From Neoechinorhynchus agilis (taxonomy: Eukaryota > Animalia > Acanthocephala): a stretch of 64,000 bases of DNA. Below the pieces are notes generated by a model. The model had not been told where the DNA came from, did no database searches, and saw nothing but the letters and a program-made list of their open reading frames with translations. Of this stretch, positions 62,850-64,000 are shown one piece after another (the first letter of the stretch is position 1; each line of letters begins with the position of its first letter). The translations under genes were made by a program, and so were the position numbers. Where the stretch lies: positions 7,690,044-7,754,043 of the forward strand of contig CM121343.1 of the NCBI GenBank assembly GCA_051530055.1. The letters are read 5' to 3'.

Positions 62850-64000
62850 CCGTTATCGAATATGATTTCGGTCGGAACTCTAAAATGGCGCAAAAACTGT
62901 TTTTAGTTTGTTGATCGTTTCGAACGCCGATGTTGAACTTATCGGAATGATCTCTGGCCAATGATTATAGGCATCTATAAGGACTAGATAAAGTTGCTCA
63001 CCGATTGGTTCTGCGAAATCTTAGTGAATTCGAGCCCACGATTCCTCTAGTACATCCCATTGGTACATTGGAGCCTCCTCGGAATCAGGCCTCCTGCTTT
63101 GACAACTTTTGCACGTTCCCAGCTTATGTTCTATGTCCTCATGGATGTTGGGCCACCAACAGTAGTATCTCGCCAGATCAGTCATTGCTAAGATTCCTGG
63201 GTGTCCCATATGTAAGACATCTAGTGCTTTACTTTCAATGCCTGAGGAATCACTAGACGCTCTAACCACAGGATTACTACGTCCTCTAACGATAATTTGT
63301 GTCTCCGAGAGGAATGTTGACTCAACTCTCGAGGTACGATCAACGACCAACCGTTCACTAAGTAACGTTTCACTCTCCGCAGTTCCGGATCCGATTCGGC
63401 TGTGGCGCGCATCTTTTTCAAGCTCAGCTCCATCTCGCTCATCATGTAATTCTGCATCATGTTGATTTCATGATCTTCTTCGTCGGTAGGAGCACATATC
63501 AGCTATTCGATTGTTTTGTCCTCTGACAAATTCGAGTTCATAATTATATTGAGATAGTTCGATACCTCAACGGATTAAACGCTGGTTCGTCATCTTAGCT
63601 AAGTTCCGGTTAACTCCATAAATGTATTTCAACGGTTTGTGATCACCTTAAATTTCCGGCCTACTAAGTATTGGTGGAATTTCCGCACAGCGAAAATTAT
63701 GGCTAAGTCCTCTTTTTTCACTTGGGCGTAATTCTTCTCTAGACTCTTGAGAGTTCTAGAAGCATAGGCAACCGGTAACGCATTCCCATCAGCCTGCACC
63801 TGTATTAACACCATTCCAAAACCCTTATAGCTTGCGTCACGCCATAACTCGGTTTGTTTCTCCATTTGGAACGTTTTGAAAACTTGAGCATCCATTAGGG
63901 ATTCGCGCACTTCTTGGAAGGCATGCTCGTGTTCGGAATTCCACTCCCAGGCTCTTCCTTTGTTGGTTAGTTCATATAGTGTCTTACATTTAGACTGTAG
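62850..64000 (-). mobile_element. Ty3/Gypsy pol remnant (RT end, RNase H, integrase start), running off the window
   Basis: RNase H: DASYKGFG...PVAYASRTL...NYAQ..KE.LAIIFAVRKFHQYLVGRKF. Integrase Zn finger: LHMGHPG...WWPNI...C..CQ, then WARIH. Stops and frameshifts are present. Confidence 0.9.

Overview
Eukaryotic (metazoan) genomic DNA from a compact-intron genome: most introns are 40-60 nt and GT-AG, the proteins are divergent, and the taxon cannot be fixed from sequence alone. Host genes: ORC5 (+), a clade-B fibrillar collagen (COL5/COL11-like, about 36 introns, +), unc-13 (-), a MARVEL four-TM gene (-, not visible in the ORF track), a Ser/Thr-rich orphan (+), a canonical ankyrin (ANK repeats-ZU5-UPA-death domain, +), a rhodopsin-class peptide GPCR (-) and an effector-type caspase (-). 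Between the genes is dense retroelement DNA: an RTE-like LINE carrying two nested CRE-clade elements with all three target-site duplications readable, further CRE fragments, two Penelope-like elements with inverted pLTRs and hammerhead-like cores, L2/CR1-type fragments, an APE-less gag-RT element and a Gypsy remnant. The most striking observation is a 997-bp TIR-bounded insertion that splits the caspase inside the conserved 'ADxLxxY|STxPGY' motif. Both halves remain intact. Precise repair needs either a non-canonical GT-AC intron or a 32-nt exon recruited from the transposon. All gene models were built by eye, without RNA data or database searches.
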